From contig SVDS01000006.1 in NCBI GenBank assembly GCA_015057715.1, forward strand, positions 7,140 to 71,139: a stretch of DNA of 64,000 nt. The letters are read 5' to 3'. How positions within the stretch are numbered: position 1 is the first letter of the stretch; each line of letters begins with the position of its first letter. Under the pieces are notes generated by a model. That model saw only the letters and a list, made by a program, of their open reading frames with translations. It was not told where the DNA came from and did not search any database. The DNA is from Paenibacillaceae bacterium (lineage in GTDB: Bacteria; Bacillota; Clostridia; Lachnospirales; Lachnospiraceae). The translations under genes were made by a program, and so were the position numbers. This document shows, piece by piece, positions 37,359 to 45,310 of the stretch.

Positions 37359-38912
37359 CTAACGAAAATCCTTAGTATTATATTCCATCAGTTCTTCAGG
37401 ATTTTCTTCTAGTTCTGTGTGATAGCGAACCAGATTGTTTTCTAAATACAACCTCTCATTTCTACACGAATTATGTCTATATGAAAAATGTGGACCTTTT
37501 TGATCATAGCAATTCACATAACACATTGTACAAAGATTTACCGCCCAACAGTCTTTGCAATATTCCTTAGCATTATCTATAAAATCATTAACATACAATT
37601 TCTGAATACCCTCAAAATTAAATCCAGTATCAACATTTCCAATATCCGGAATATTTCCGACTTTTTCGCAGAGGAGAAATTTACCATCTACAGTTACATA
37701 TATTCTTCTTTGACCCGGAACACAACAACCGTTCATTCCATACGCTTTAACCGGATACTCGGATAATAGACGCTTATGTATAATTAACATTCCTTTATCC
37801 ATAACGCCATCTGAGAATAACCCCTTTTTCTCATTACCATTTTTCATTTCTCTGCGATGATTCCAATCCCATTCATTTAGCGGATCGTATGAACCATCTG
37901 TAAATTCACGTTCCTGAGAGCTTTGGGGAATAAAATATTCACTATCCTTAGGACCATGATCAACAGATGCAGTCAAAACCATAATATCTTTAGGAATCCA
38001 ATCTTCATGCTCTAAAAATTCCTGTATTTTATTATAGTTTTCTTCATAATTCGGACCTGAAACTACCATATTAAAAGATATTTTTGATTGCTTTCCTAAC
38101 CTGCTTTGTGTGTTTAGTAAAATTTGAGCACCTGCAACAGTTTTATTAAAGCTTCCCGTTCCATCTATGGTTATCCGATTCGCATCATGAATGTCTTTAG
38201 GACCATCTAAGCTTACAATAATATCAAAATCATTTTGTAATAAATAATCTGCAATTTCCTCAGTTACCAAAGCTGCATTGGTTGTCATTGCAAAAGTTAT
38301 TTCTTTAAAATTACTTTTTGCATATCTTACCGCTTGTTTAATTAATTCAAAGTTTAATAAGGGCTCTCCTCCATAAAAACCAATATGAACCTGTTCTGCA
38401 TCTTTAGAATGATTAATTAATAAATCGATTGCCTTTTTAGCTGTTTCCCAAGACATATTTTTGTGCCCAAACTCCCGATACTCTTTATGTGAAGGATTAT
38501 AAATACAGTATTTACATCGTAAGTTACATTTTTCGGTCACTTCCAGTGTGACATTCTCCACTCCACTTTCTAAAGTTTCCTTTAAGTGAGTTACTGCCGA
38601 ACCAGTTAATGTCGTAAGTACTGGAGCTGATAATATATGCTCTGATTTCACTGCATCTCTAATTTCGCTTATTGCACTTTCAATTTCCTCATCATTTAAA
38701 TCAAGATCTTTCAGATCTTCACAGCTATCGCTTTGCATTAAACAGTTCAAAACTTTATATACATTTTTTTTCAAACATGCAACCTTACCTGTTCCAGTAT
38801 CTAGAAAATAATAATTTTTGTCTGTTTTAAAAACTTTCCCCAGTCTACCCGGTCTACCACTGGAACAAAGTTCATTATAAAAATCTTTAATGCTATTATT
38901 AACAGCGACCAT
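37359..38912 (-). CDS. Radical SAM / SPASM-domain peptide maturase with an approximately 120-aa N-terminal extension
   Basis: 517 aa. C129-NLR-C-KY-C (first Cys codon 38528-38526), GGEPLL, and a C-terminal CVPGQRRIYVTVDGKFLLC ... CKDCWAVNLCTMC ... C pattern (auxiliary-cluster SPASM type). RBS AAGGAGA. Confidence 0.9.
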   Translation of the reverse strand: MVAVNNSIKDFYNELCSSGRPGRLGKVFKTDKNYYFLDTGTGKVACLKKNVYKVLNCLMQSDSCEDLKDLDLNDEEIESAISEIRDAVKSEHILSAPVLTTLTGSAVTHLKETLESGVENVTLEVTEKCNLRCKYCIYNPSHKEYREFGHKNMSWETAKKAIDLLINHSKDAEQVHIGFYGGEPLLNFELIKQAVRYAKSNFKEITFAMTTNAALVTEEIADYLLQNDFDIIVSLDGPKDIHDANRITIDGTGSFNKTVAGAQILLNTQSRLGKQSKISFNMVVSGPNYEENYNKIQEFLEHEDWIPKDIMVLTASVDHGPKDSEYFIPQSSQEREFTDGSYDPLNEWDWNHRREMKNGNEKKGLFSDGVMDKGMLIIHKRLLSEYPVKAYGMNGCCVPGQRRIYVTVDGKFLLCEKVGNIPDIGNVDTGFNFEGIQKLYVNDFIDNAKEYCKDCWAVNLCTMCYVNCYDQKGPHFSYRHNSCRNERLYLENNLVRYHTELEENPEELMEYNTKDFR

Positions 38913-39177
38913 ATTAATTCTCCTTCCATTACCAATCTTTTCTTGATAAAAATTTCATAAATAAAAAATCTTTTTTGTCTGGTATTATGATATCAAACAA
39001 AAAAGATTCCTATTTTAAGATTTTATATTAAAATTTAAAAGAATTGATTAAGAAACTTATTAATTATGGTACAAAAGTTATTAGTAATTTAAGTATTTAT
39101 TGTGCTATGTTTATATCTTTTTTAAATAAACTCACACAAACCGTTATATATACTTTTGATAATGTATAATTGATTTA

Positions 39178-40242
39178 CTAGTTTGGTATGGTAATTGTAA
39201 AAGAAATCGTTCCATCTTCACTTTTTGCAACAATGTCACCACAATGCAACTGTACAATTTCTTTCGCTATAGATAAGCCAAGACCTGCGCCATTTGAAAC
39301 AGATGCTCTCGATTTATCTAAACGATTAAATTTTTCAAAAATACGTAATAACTCCATTTCTGATAAGGTTTCACCCTCATTTTTAAAAACGATAATAAGC
39401 TTATCATCACAAATTTTTGCTGATATAAATATCTCCGTGTTTGAATAACTATAACTGATTGCATTCTTCAATAAATTGCTAAATGCTCTGGTCATTTTCT
39501 CAGGATCTATATTGCAATACAAATTTTCATTGATCTCTAATTTTAAAATATTGCCATTTTCTACGAGCATTGGGTAAAATTCATCTGTCAGTTGTACAAA
39601 CAAATAATATAAATCTACTTCTTGTTTATTAATTTCAATTTTTTGTGTATTATATTGAGTGATTTCGAAAAACTCATTTACCATTTGCTCTAGATGCATC
39701 GCCTTAGCAAGTAATATTTCTATATATTCTTGTCTTTTATTAACAGTTAATTCCGGCATATCTTTAATTAAGCTTAAATACCCAATAATAGAGGTTAATG
39801 GTGTTCGGATATCATGCGCTATATATGCAACTAATTCACTTTTTTTACTTTCTGCAACTTTCATTGACTGATCTGCCATTAAGTATGACATCTTAATCTG
39901 ATTCATTTGTGATTCAATTTCTTTTAATGGTTCAGATAATTTAATCACAGAATCATTTTTAAATAAAATCTCTACAGCATTAATTATTTCGTTTAGATAT
40001 TTCCACGGCTTATTCCAATAATACATAAATATATTTATAAAACCTATAATTATATATAGGAACTGAATCAATTCAATACGAAGTGTGAACCATTCCATTA
40101 TCGATGTATGGATCTTGCTCGAATAATAATCAAAAATTATTCTAAGAATCCAACCAATTACCAAATAAAGTAACAGGCTAATTATAAGATGGCACACCAG
40201 CTTTTTACTGCATTTAATATACTTCTCATTTTCCTTATACAA
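39178..40242 (-). CDS. VanS-like sensor histidine kinase, copy 1
   Basis: Two N-terminal TM helices with a short loop. H-box AHDIRTPLTSIIGYLSL, N-box LLKNAISYS, G-box GAGLGLSIA. Start proposed at the TTG at 40242 overlapping the RR1 stop (ATTGTATAA), by length alignment with copy 2. The ORF-track start (40365) would overlap RR1 by 131 nt. Confidence 0.8.
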   Translation of the reverse strand: MYKENEKYIKCSKKLVCHLIISLLLYLVIGWILRIIFDYYSSKIHTSIMEWFTLRIELIQFLYIIIGFINIFMYYWNKPWKYLNEIINAVEILFKNDSVIKLSEPLKEIESQMNQIKMSYLMADQSMKVAESKKSELVAYIAHDIRTPLTSIIGYLSLIKDMPELTVNKRQEYIEILLAKAMHLEQMVNEFFEITQYNTQKIEINKQEVDLYYLFVQLTDEFYPMLVENGNILKLEINENLYCNIDPEKMTRAFSNLLKNAISYSYSNTEIFISAKICDDKLIIVFKNEGETLSEMELLRIFEKFNRLDKSRASVSNGAGLGLSIAKEIVQLHCGDIVAKSEDGTISFTITIPN

Positions 40243-40927
40243 TTTTATAGCCAACCCCCCATACTGTTTTAATAAATTTGGGGTTTCCTGCCTGATCGCC
40301 AAGCTTTTCACGCAAATGACGCACGTGAACAGATATGGTGTTATTTTTTGTATAATAATCATCATGCCAAATTAGTCTAAAAAGTTCATCAGAGCTAACT
40401 ACTTCTCCTTTATGTTCCAACAGCAATCGTAATATATCATATTCACACGGTGTCAAGTTAAGCTGCTTTCCCTTTAAGCTACACTCTCTTGTTTTTACGT
40501 TGAGTTCCAAACCTAAGTATGACAAAACTCCTGAAAAATCTTCTACATCTGTCTGATTATATTTTTTGTATCTTCTTAGCTGCGCTTTCACTCTTGCTAT
40601 CATTTCCAATGGCAAAAAAGGTTTTGTAATATAGTCATCTGCACCTAATGTTAATCCATTAATTTTACTGACTTCATCCGTTTTGGAAGTCAGCATTATA
40701 ATTGGATACCGATATACTTCTCTGATTTTTTTGCATAAAAAGAAGCCATCCTTTCCTGGTAACATAATATCCAAAAGCACAAGATCAAATTCCACTGTAT
40801 CAATAATTTTTAAAGCAGCTTCAGCCGTAAAGCATTTGTAAACCTCAAAATTCTCATTCTCCAAGTATAATTCTATGAATTCAACTATGCTTTTTTCATC
40901 TTCGACAACTAAAATTTTGTTTGACAT
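40235..40927 (-). CDS. OmpR/VanR-family response regulator, copy 1
   Basis: Receiver ILVVEDEK...DLVLLDIMLPGKDG...KP and a winged-helix output ...VHVRHLREKL...IKTVWGVGYKI. Start at the ATG at 40927 after AAGGGGGA. Confidence 0.9.
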   Translation of the reverse strand: MSNKILVVEDEKSIVEFIELYLENENFEVYKCFTAEAALKIIDTVEFDLVLLDIMLPGKDGFFLCKKIREVYRYPIIMLTSKTDEVSKINGLTLGADDYITKPFLPLEMIARVKAQLRRYKKYNQTDVEDFSGVLSYLGLELNVKTRECSLKGKQLNLTPCEYDILRLLLEHKGEVVSSDELFRLIWHDDYYTKNNTISVHVRHLREKLGDQAGNPKFIKTVWGVGYKIV

Positions 40928-40970
40928 AACTAATTTCCCCCTTATTACAAACCACAACAATCTGTCTATT

Positions 40971-40998
40971 ATTATAACATGTAACTTTAATAATGTAA
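40971..40998 (-). promoter_or_regulatory. Candidate sigma-A promoter of the RR1-HK1 unit
   Basis: Minus strand reads TTACAT (40998-40993), 16-nt spacer, TATAAT (40976-40971). Lies in a direct repeat AAGTTACAT-N5-AAGTTACAT, just downstream of a strong terminator. Confidence 0.35.
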
Positions 40999-41069
40999 CT
41001 TAAACTTTTACATTAAATAACGTTATATAACTCTATCCTATTATTTCCTTTCCTCTGTTCTTCGATTTT

Positions 41070-41127
41070 AAACAAAAATAACCCTTATAGTAAGTCACAT
41101 TTTTCTTCTTAGTGACTTACTATAAGG
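41070..41127 (-). terminator. Strong rho-independent terminator after the ABC-2 permease gene
   Basis: 17-bp perfect stem cccttatagtaagtcac (41081-41097) / gtgacttactataaggg (41111-41127), followed on the minus strand by TTATTTTTGTT. Confidence 0.85.
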
Positions 41128-41157
41128 GCATGAAAGTTTCAAATGAATTAAAATTGT

Positions 41158-42402
41158 TCAATCAACCTGATGATTGCAATAAGTGCGTACAGCAAGATAT
41201 AGAAATAGAGGTATTTCAATTAATGTTGTTGCCATTATAATATAAGGTGACCAAATGCTCAAAGAACCAATATGCAGATAATTAAAGTCTGTCAACTGAT
41301 AAAGCAAGCTATTCTGCATACCAATTCCTCCTGAAGGCAAAATAAAACCAAGCCAAGCAAATCCTGCTGTATACGTAAATATCGGAATGAGACACATAGC
41401 AATTGCAATTAAAATAACCGAAGTAGAATCCTTGAATTTTGCTGATAAAAATAATGTAAAGCTAATCATTGCCAGCAGGGAACCAAGTCCTCCTAATGTT
41501 AAAACAGCTTGAAGCTCCCCTAAATTAAGCGCAGGCAGACTAATGACAGAAAATAACATCTGCATAGAAGTTTTCATACATTCTGGTCCAAATGCCAAGT
41601 CGGAGATTAATAAATGTAGTAAAATACAAATGAAAAATGTGATTGAAAAAATGGTCAATGCAGCAAATACCTTCACCATTGCAAGTCTGCTGCGTCCATG
41701 CCTGGTACAGCGCAAAATACTGTCTGATCCCGTTTGATATTCATTGGAAAAAGTAGGCGTAACCGCAGCTGTGCATAGAATGACTAACAGTAAAATATAA
41801 AGCATGATATAATCAAAGGCATCTCTTGAATACCCCGCATAAAACTGAAAAGGTGTTTTTACCTCAGCATATTTTTTTAAAGCCTGCTTCTGTGCAATTG
41901 GATTATCCTTATGCTCCATCTGCATAACATCTTTCAAGTGCTGCTCTACTTGTTCATAATAATTGTTTATCTTATCCGGGTTGATATCCATCAGACTTGC
42001 TGCCTGACCCGTTCTCGAATTAGAAAACGCCTCCGGCAGTCTTCCTAAAAGCGATTCGACCGGGAAAACCTTTTTAATATAAAGATCTTTTGGAAAATCT
42101 CCGCTGTAAAGGCTGTTCTCTCCATATTGTGATACTGTATTCTGATAGATTATTAACGCCTCCTTTAGTTTTTCCGGAGTGACTTCTCCGTTATTGGTGT
42201 GGCGCAACGTTTTTTTATAGGAAATTGCAGACAGGCCATTTAATTCGGCTACTTTGTTACCGTTTTGGTCATATTGATTGATATCTTCAAAAATAACAGG
42301 AAGCCAAGCCATTACCACGGACAATAATAGTGCAACAACTAATATAATAATTACACGGCGTGACTTAAGCACGCGTTTGATTTCCAAACAATAAATACGC
42401 AT
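41158..42402 (-). CDS. ABC-2-type transporter permease with a large first extracellular loop
   Basis: 414 aa. TM1 (VIIILVVALLLSVVMAWLPVIF), an approximately 170-aa soluble loop, then 5 TM helices. Translationally coupled to the upstream ATPase. Confidence 0.8.
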   Translation of the reverse strand: MRIYCLEIKRVLKSRRVIIILVVALLLSVVMAWLPVIFEDINQYDQNGNKVAELNGLSAISYKKTLRHTNNGEVTPEKLKEALIIYQNTVSQYGENSLYSGDFPKDLYIKKVFPVESLLGRLPEAFSNSRTGQAASLMDINPDKINNYYEQVEQHLKDVMQMEHKDNPIAQKQALKKYAEVKTPFQFYAGYSRDAFDYIMLYILLLVILCTAAVTPTFSNEYQTGSDSILRCTRHGRSRLAMVKVFAALTIFSITFFICILLHLLISDLAFGPECMKTSMQMLFSVISLPALNLGELQAVLTLGGLGSLLAMISFTLFLSAKFKDSTSVILIAIAMCLIPIFTYTAGFAWLGFILPSGGIGMQNSLLYQLTDFNYLHIGSLSIWSPYIIMATTLIEIPLFLYLAVRTYCNHQVD

Positions 42403-42405
42403 CGA

Positions 42406-43293
42406 TTACATCCCCCTTTCACTGACTTCTTCTTGCGGAAATAACCATAAATATAAATCTTCCAAACGAGGAGGTGCCAATACCGAGTTACTGGTTTTTC
42501 CTTCATCCGATAAATAACGGATTGATACCTGGTTGCTGCCTTCACTTCGCTGGTTAATGATGCGCAGCTGCATTTCATACATGGTGATCTTCTCGGCAGG
42601 CACAACACAAGTCCAGACCTTTCCCTGTACCTGCTTTACCAATTCGTCTGTTGTACCCACATTTACAATTTTACCTGCCTTCATAATTGCATTCTTTGTA
42701 GAAATATACTCAATATCAGATACGATATGGGTTGAAATTAAAACAATTCTTCCGTGGGAAAATTCGGAAACAAGGTTTCGAAAGCGAACCCTTTCGCCAG
42801 GATCAAGGCCTGCTGTTGGTTCGTCCATAATCAGAATTTTAGGATCATTCAACATCGCCTGTGCAATTCCCACCCGTCGTTTCATTCCACCGGACAACTT
42901 AATAATTTTTTTATTTTTTACATCCGTCAGGGTCAGTGTGTGCAGCAGATTGTCAATTTTTTTTCTTGTTTCCCTTACAGGTACATCCTTTAGGGCAGCC
43001 ACATATTCCAGATAATTCTTTACTGTAAAATCTTGAAAAAATCCAAAATCCTGAGGTAGAAATCCAAATAAATCTCTATATTCTTCCCCCATTGAATGAA
43101 TATCCCTGCCATCATAAAGAATTTTCCCGCTGGTTGGATTCAAAATATCTGCTATCATCCGCATCAGCGTGGTCTTCCCTGCTCCATTTGCTCCAAGCAG
43201 CCCCCATACTCCTGGCGTAAGACTTAAGTTAACATCATCTACTGCCATTTTATCTTTAAAATGCTTACTCAGATTTGATATCGTCAGTTCCAT
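42406..43293 (-). CDS. ABC transporter ATP-binding protein (ABC-2/BcrA-LanF-like subfamily)
   Basis: Walker A GANGAGKTT, signature LSGGMKRR, Walker B ILIMDEPTAGLD. Start at the ATG at 43293 after GAGGAGA. The ORF-track start is a GTG at 43308. Confidence 0.9.
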   Translation of the reverse strand: MELTISNLSKHFKDKMAVDDVNLSLTPGVWGLLGANGAGKTTLMRMIADILNPTSGKILYDGRDIHSMGEEYRDLFGFLPQDFGFFQDFTVKNYLEYVAALKDVPVRETRKKIDNLLHTLTLTDVKNKKIIKLSGGMKRRVGIAQAMLNDPKILIMDEPTAGLDPGERVRFRNLVSEFSHGRIVLISTHIVSDIEYISTKNAIMKAGKIVNVGTTDELVKQVQGKVWTCVVPAEKITMYEMQLRIINQRSEGSNQVSIRYLSDEGKTSNSVLAPPRLEDLYLWLFPQEEVSERGM

Positions 43294-43328
43294 GTCATTT
43301 CTCCTCACTTTTATTTAATAACAATGCA

Positions 43329-43370
43329 AAACGTCCCTGTTCTGTTTTATTTTACTGAACAAGGACGTTT
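43329..43370 (-). other. Strong stem-loop between HK2 and the ABC-2 operon (terminator of the RR2-HK2 unit and/or 5'-UTR structure)
   Basis: Minus strand reads AACGTCCTTGTTC-loop-GAACAGGGACGTT (one G-U pair) followed by TTGCATTGTTATT. Confidence 0.5.
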
Positions 43371-43396
43371 GATACTTTAAGATGAAGAGGATAATT

Positions 43397-43439
43397 TCCT
43401 AAGATTATCCTAACATCCTATTGATATTTTCCTAAAAAT
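43397..43439 (-). promoter_or_regulatory. Helically phased direct repeats (plus-strand TCCTAA at 43397, 43408, 43430), candidate OmpR-family response-regulator site upstream of the ABC-2 operon
   Basis: tcctaagatt / tcctaacatc / tcctaaaaat with 11-bp and 22-bp offsets. The first copy contains the heptamer TAAGATT also found in tandem upstream of RR2. Confidence 0.4.
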
Positions 43440-44487
43440 GACCAGGTAATGACACGGTAAAGGTAACCATATTGTTTTCACTATCTGCGGAAATTTTTCC
43501 GCCATGTAAACGAACAATTTCATCTGCAATGGATAAACCAAGCCCGGCACCACCAGTATCCGATTTACGGGCATCATCCAAACGGTTAAATTTTTCAAAA
43601 ATTGCAGTTAACTGATCAGGCGGAATTGTACTGCCATGATTAGTAAATGTAATAATGACTTTATCCTGTTGCTGTTCTGCTTTAATAATAATTTCCGAAT
43701 CAGGACTGGAATATGCAGCCGCGTTTTTGAGGATATTATTAAACACACGGGCCAATTTTTCAGAATCACCATAAACAGTCAGCATTTCATCTGCCTGAAG
43801 TATAGCAAAATTACCTTTCGCCGATAAGACTGGATAAAATTCGTCAATCAGTTGAACAAGCATATAATATAAATCCACATTTGTTTTCTCCAGCTTAATC
43901 TGGTGGGTATTATACCGTGCAATTTCAAAGAATTCGTTAATGAGTTTTTCCAGACGTATGGCTTTTTTCAATGTAATGCCAACATATTTTGATTTCTGTT
44001 CCATCGGCATGTCAGGCGCTTCGTCAAGCAGGCTTAAATACCCGATTATTGAGGTAAGTGGTGTGCGAATATCATGGGCCAGGTACATAACTAATTCATT
44101 CTTTTTGTTTTCTGCCTCTTTTACAGCCTGTTGACTGAGCAGGACGGCCATTTTAATTTGATTCATCTGCTTTTCCACATCTTTCAGCGGTTCGGATAAT
44201 TCAATGGCGCTGTCATTTAATTGATAGACGGTTTTAGTGGCTTTGACAACTTCCTCAAAATATAACCATGGTTTTTTCCAGTAATAATAGAAAATACAGC
44301 AACAGCCAACTACCAGATACAGAAAATAGAAAATTTCAATTCTAAGTTGGAGCCATAGAAAAAAAGAATTGGTTACTCTGCTGAATGCATAATCTAATAG
44401 TACCGTCAAAATATAGCCAGCCAACGTATACAGGATTAAGGTGACGAAAAGCCTGACACGTAATTTCTTTTCAATATTATTCTTCAT
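43432..44487 (-). CDS. VanS-like sensor histidine kinase, copy 2
   Basis: 351 aa, same architecture as copy 1. Shared strings: LSEPLK, QMNQIKM, AHDIRTPLTSIIGYLSL, NEFFEI, FEKFNRLD, GAGLGLSIA. Confidence 0.85.
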   Translation of the reverse strand: MKNNIEKKLRVRLFVTLILYTLAGYILTVLLDYAFSRVTNSFFLWLQLRIEIFYFLYLVVGCCCIFYYYWKKPWLYFEEVVKATKTVYQLNDSAIELSEPLKDVEKQMNQIKMAVLLSQQAVKEAENKKNELVMYLAHDIRTPLTSIIGYLSLLDEAPDMPMEQKSKYVGITLKKAIRLEKLINEFFEIARYNTHQIKLEKTNVDLYYMLVQLIDEFYPVLSAKGNFAILQADEMLTVYGDSEKLARVFNNILKNAAAYSSPDSEIIIKAEQQQDKVIITFTNHGSTIPPDQLTAIFEKFNRLDDARKSDTGGAGLGLSIADEIVRLHGGKISADSENNMVTFTVSLPGHF

Positions 44488-44507
44488 TACTATACCTCAA
44501 TTGGAAT

Positions 44508-45203
44508 TTATATTTTATACCCTACTCCCCATATCGTTTTAATGTATTTGGGTTCCTCTGCAGTGTCATCCATCTTCTCACGCAAATGCCGTATATGAAC
44601 GGTAATCGTGTTATTGCTTTTGCTGTAATACTCATCATGCCATATCTCATGAAACAGCGTTTCTGCGCTTACAACCGTTCCCTTATTCTGGAGTAAAATA
44701 CAGAGTATAGAAAATTCCGTTGGTGTGAGTGAAATGGGTTTTTCATTTATGAGGCATTCATGTGTTTTTGTATTAATTTCCAGATCTGAATAACACAAAA
44801 TCGGCGTTGTATCCAGTTCCTCCTTACCGGGATTGTACTTTTTGTAACGACGCAGCTGTGCTTTCACTCTGGCAATTAATTCCAGAGGGCGAAATGGTTT
44901 TGTCACATAGTCATCAGCCCCTAATGTTAAGCCCGTTATTTTATCTGTTTCTTCGTCTTTCGCGGTCAGCATAATAACCGGAAAAGTATAATGTTCTCGT
45001 ATTTTCCGGCAAAGCTCAAATCCGTTTATATCCGGCATCATAATATCTAAAATAGCAAGGTCAAGCTTTGTACTTTCTATGCAGGCAAGCGCTTCCTTTG
45101 CTGAATAATACTTACATACGGTATAGTTCTCGTTTTGCAGATAGACTTCTATTAAGTCTGCAATTTCCTGTTCGTCATCTACTACAAGAATGATATCATT
45201 CAT
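44508..45203 (-). CDS. OmpR/VanR-family response regulator, copy 2
   Basis: 231 aa, collinear with copy 1 (LTLGADDY.TKPF.PLE.IARVKAQLRRYKKYN ... HLREK ... GVGYKI). RBS AAAGGAGGAA. Confidence 0.9.
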   Translation of the reverse strand: MNDIILVVDDEQEIADLIEVYLQNENYTVCKYYSAKEALACIESTKLDLAILDIMMPDINGFELCRKIREHYTFPVIMLTAKDEETDKITGLTLGADDYVTKPFRPLELIARVKAQLRRYKKYNPGKEELDTTPILCYSDLEINTKTHECLINEKPISLTPTEFSILCILLQNKGTVVSAETLFHEIWHDEYYSKSNNTITVHIRHLREKMDDTAEEPKYIKTIWGVGYKI

Positions 45204-45288
45204 AACTTCCTCCTTTCAGGCATATTAAGGTATTTTATTATTGTATCAGAAATTGCTTTTCTATTTGTAAATTCTTGCATGAGGAATT

Positions 45289-45310
45289 ACTAAGATTTTC
45301 ATAAGATTAT
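45289..45310 (-). promoter_or_regulatory. Tandem TAAGATT direct repeat (11-bp period) upstream of the RR2-HK2 unit, candidate autoregulatory site
   Basis: taagatt at 45291-45297 and 45302-45308, about 90-105 bp upstream of the RR2 start. An extended -10 TGATACAAT lies downstream on the minus strand. Confidence 0.35.

Noticed and set aside
37099-38912. Classifying the peptide/rSAM pair as SCIFF, or as a lanthipeptide or thiopeptide.
   Set aside because: - The peptide does not match the SCIFF pattern I recall (a C-terminal GGCGECQTSCQSACKTSC-like core in about 45 aa).
- SCIFF loci normally lack exporters and TCS.
- No LanB/C/M/KC, YcaO or dehydratase genes are present.
- The class is left open.
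39003-39022. AAGATT repeats upstream of the rSAM gene as a firm response-regulator site.
   Set aside because: The spacing is 14 bp rather than 10-11 bp, the background is extremely AT-rich, and similar hexamers occur nearby on both strands. It is mentioned only as weak support in the repeat finding.
39178-45203. Glycopeptide (vancomycin) resistance locus, suggested by the VanR/VanS-like regulators.
   Set aside because: No vanH/vanA/vanX, vanY or serine racemase genes are present. The regulators flank an ABC-2 pump and an rSAM peptide operon instead.
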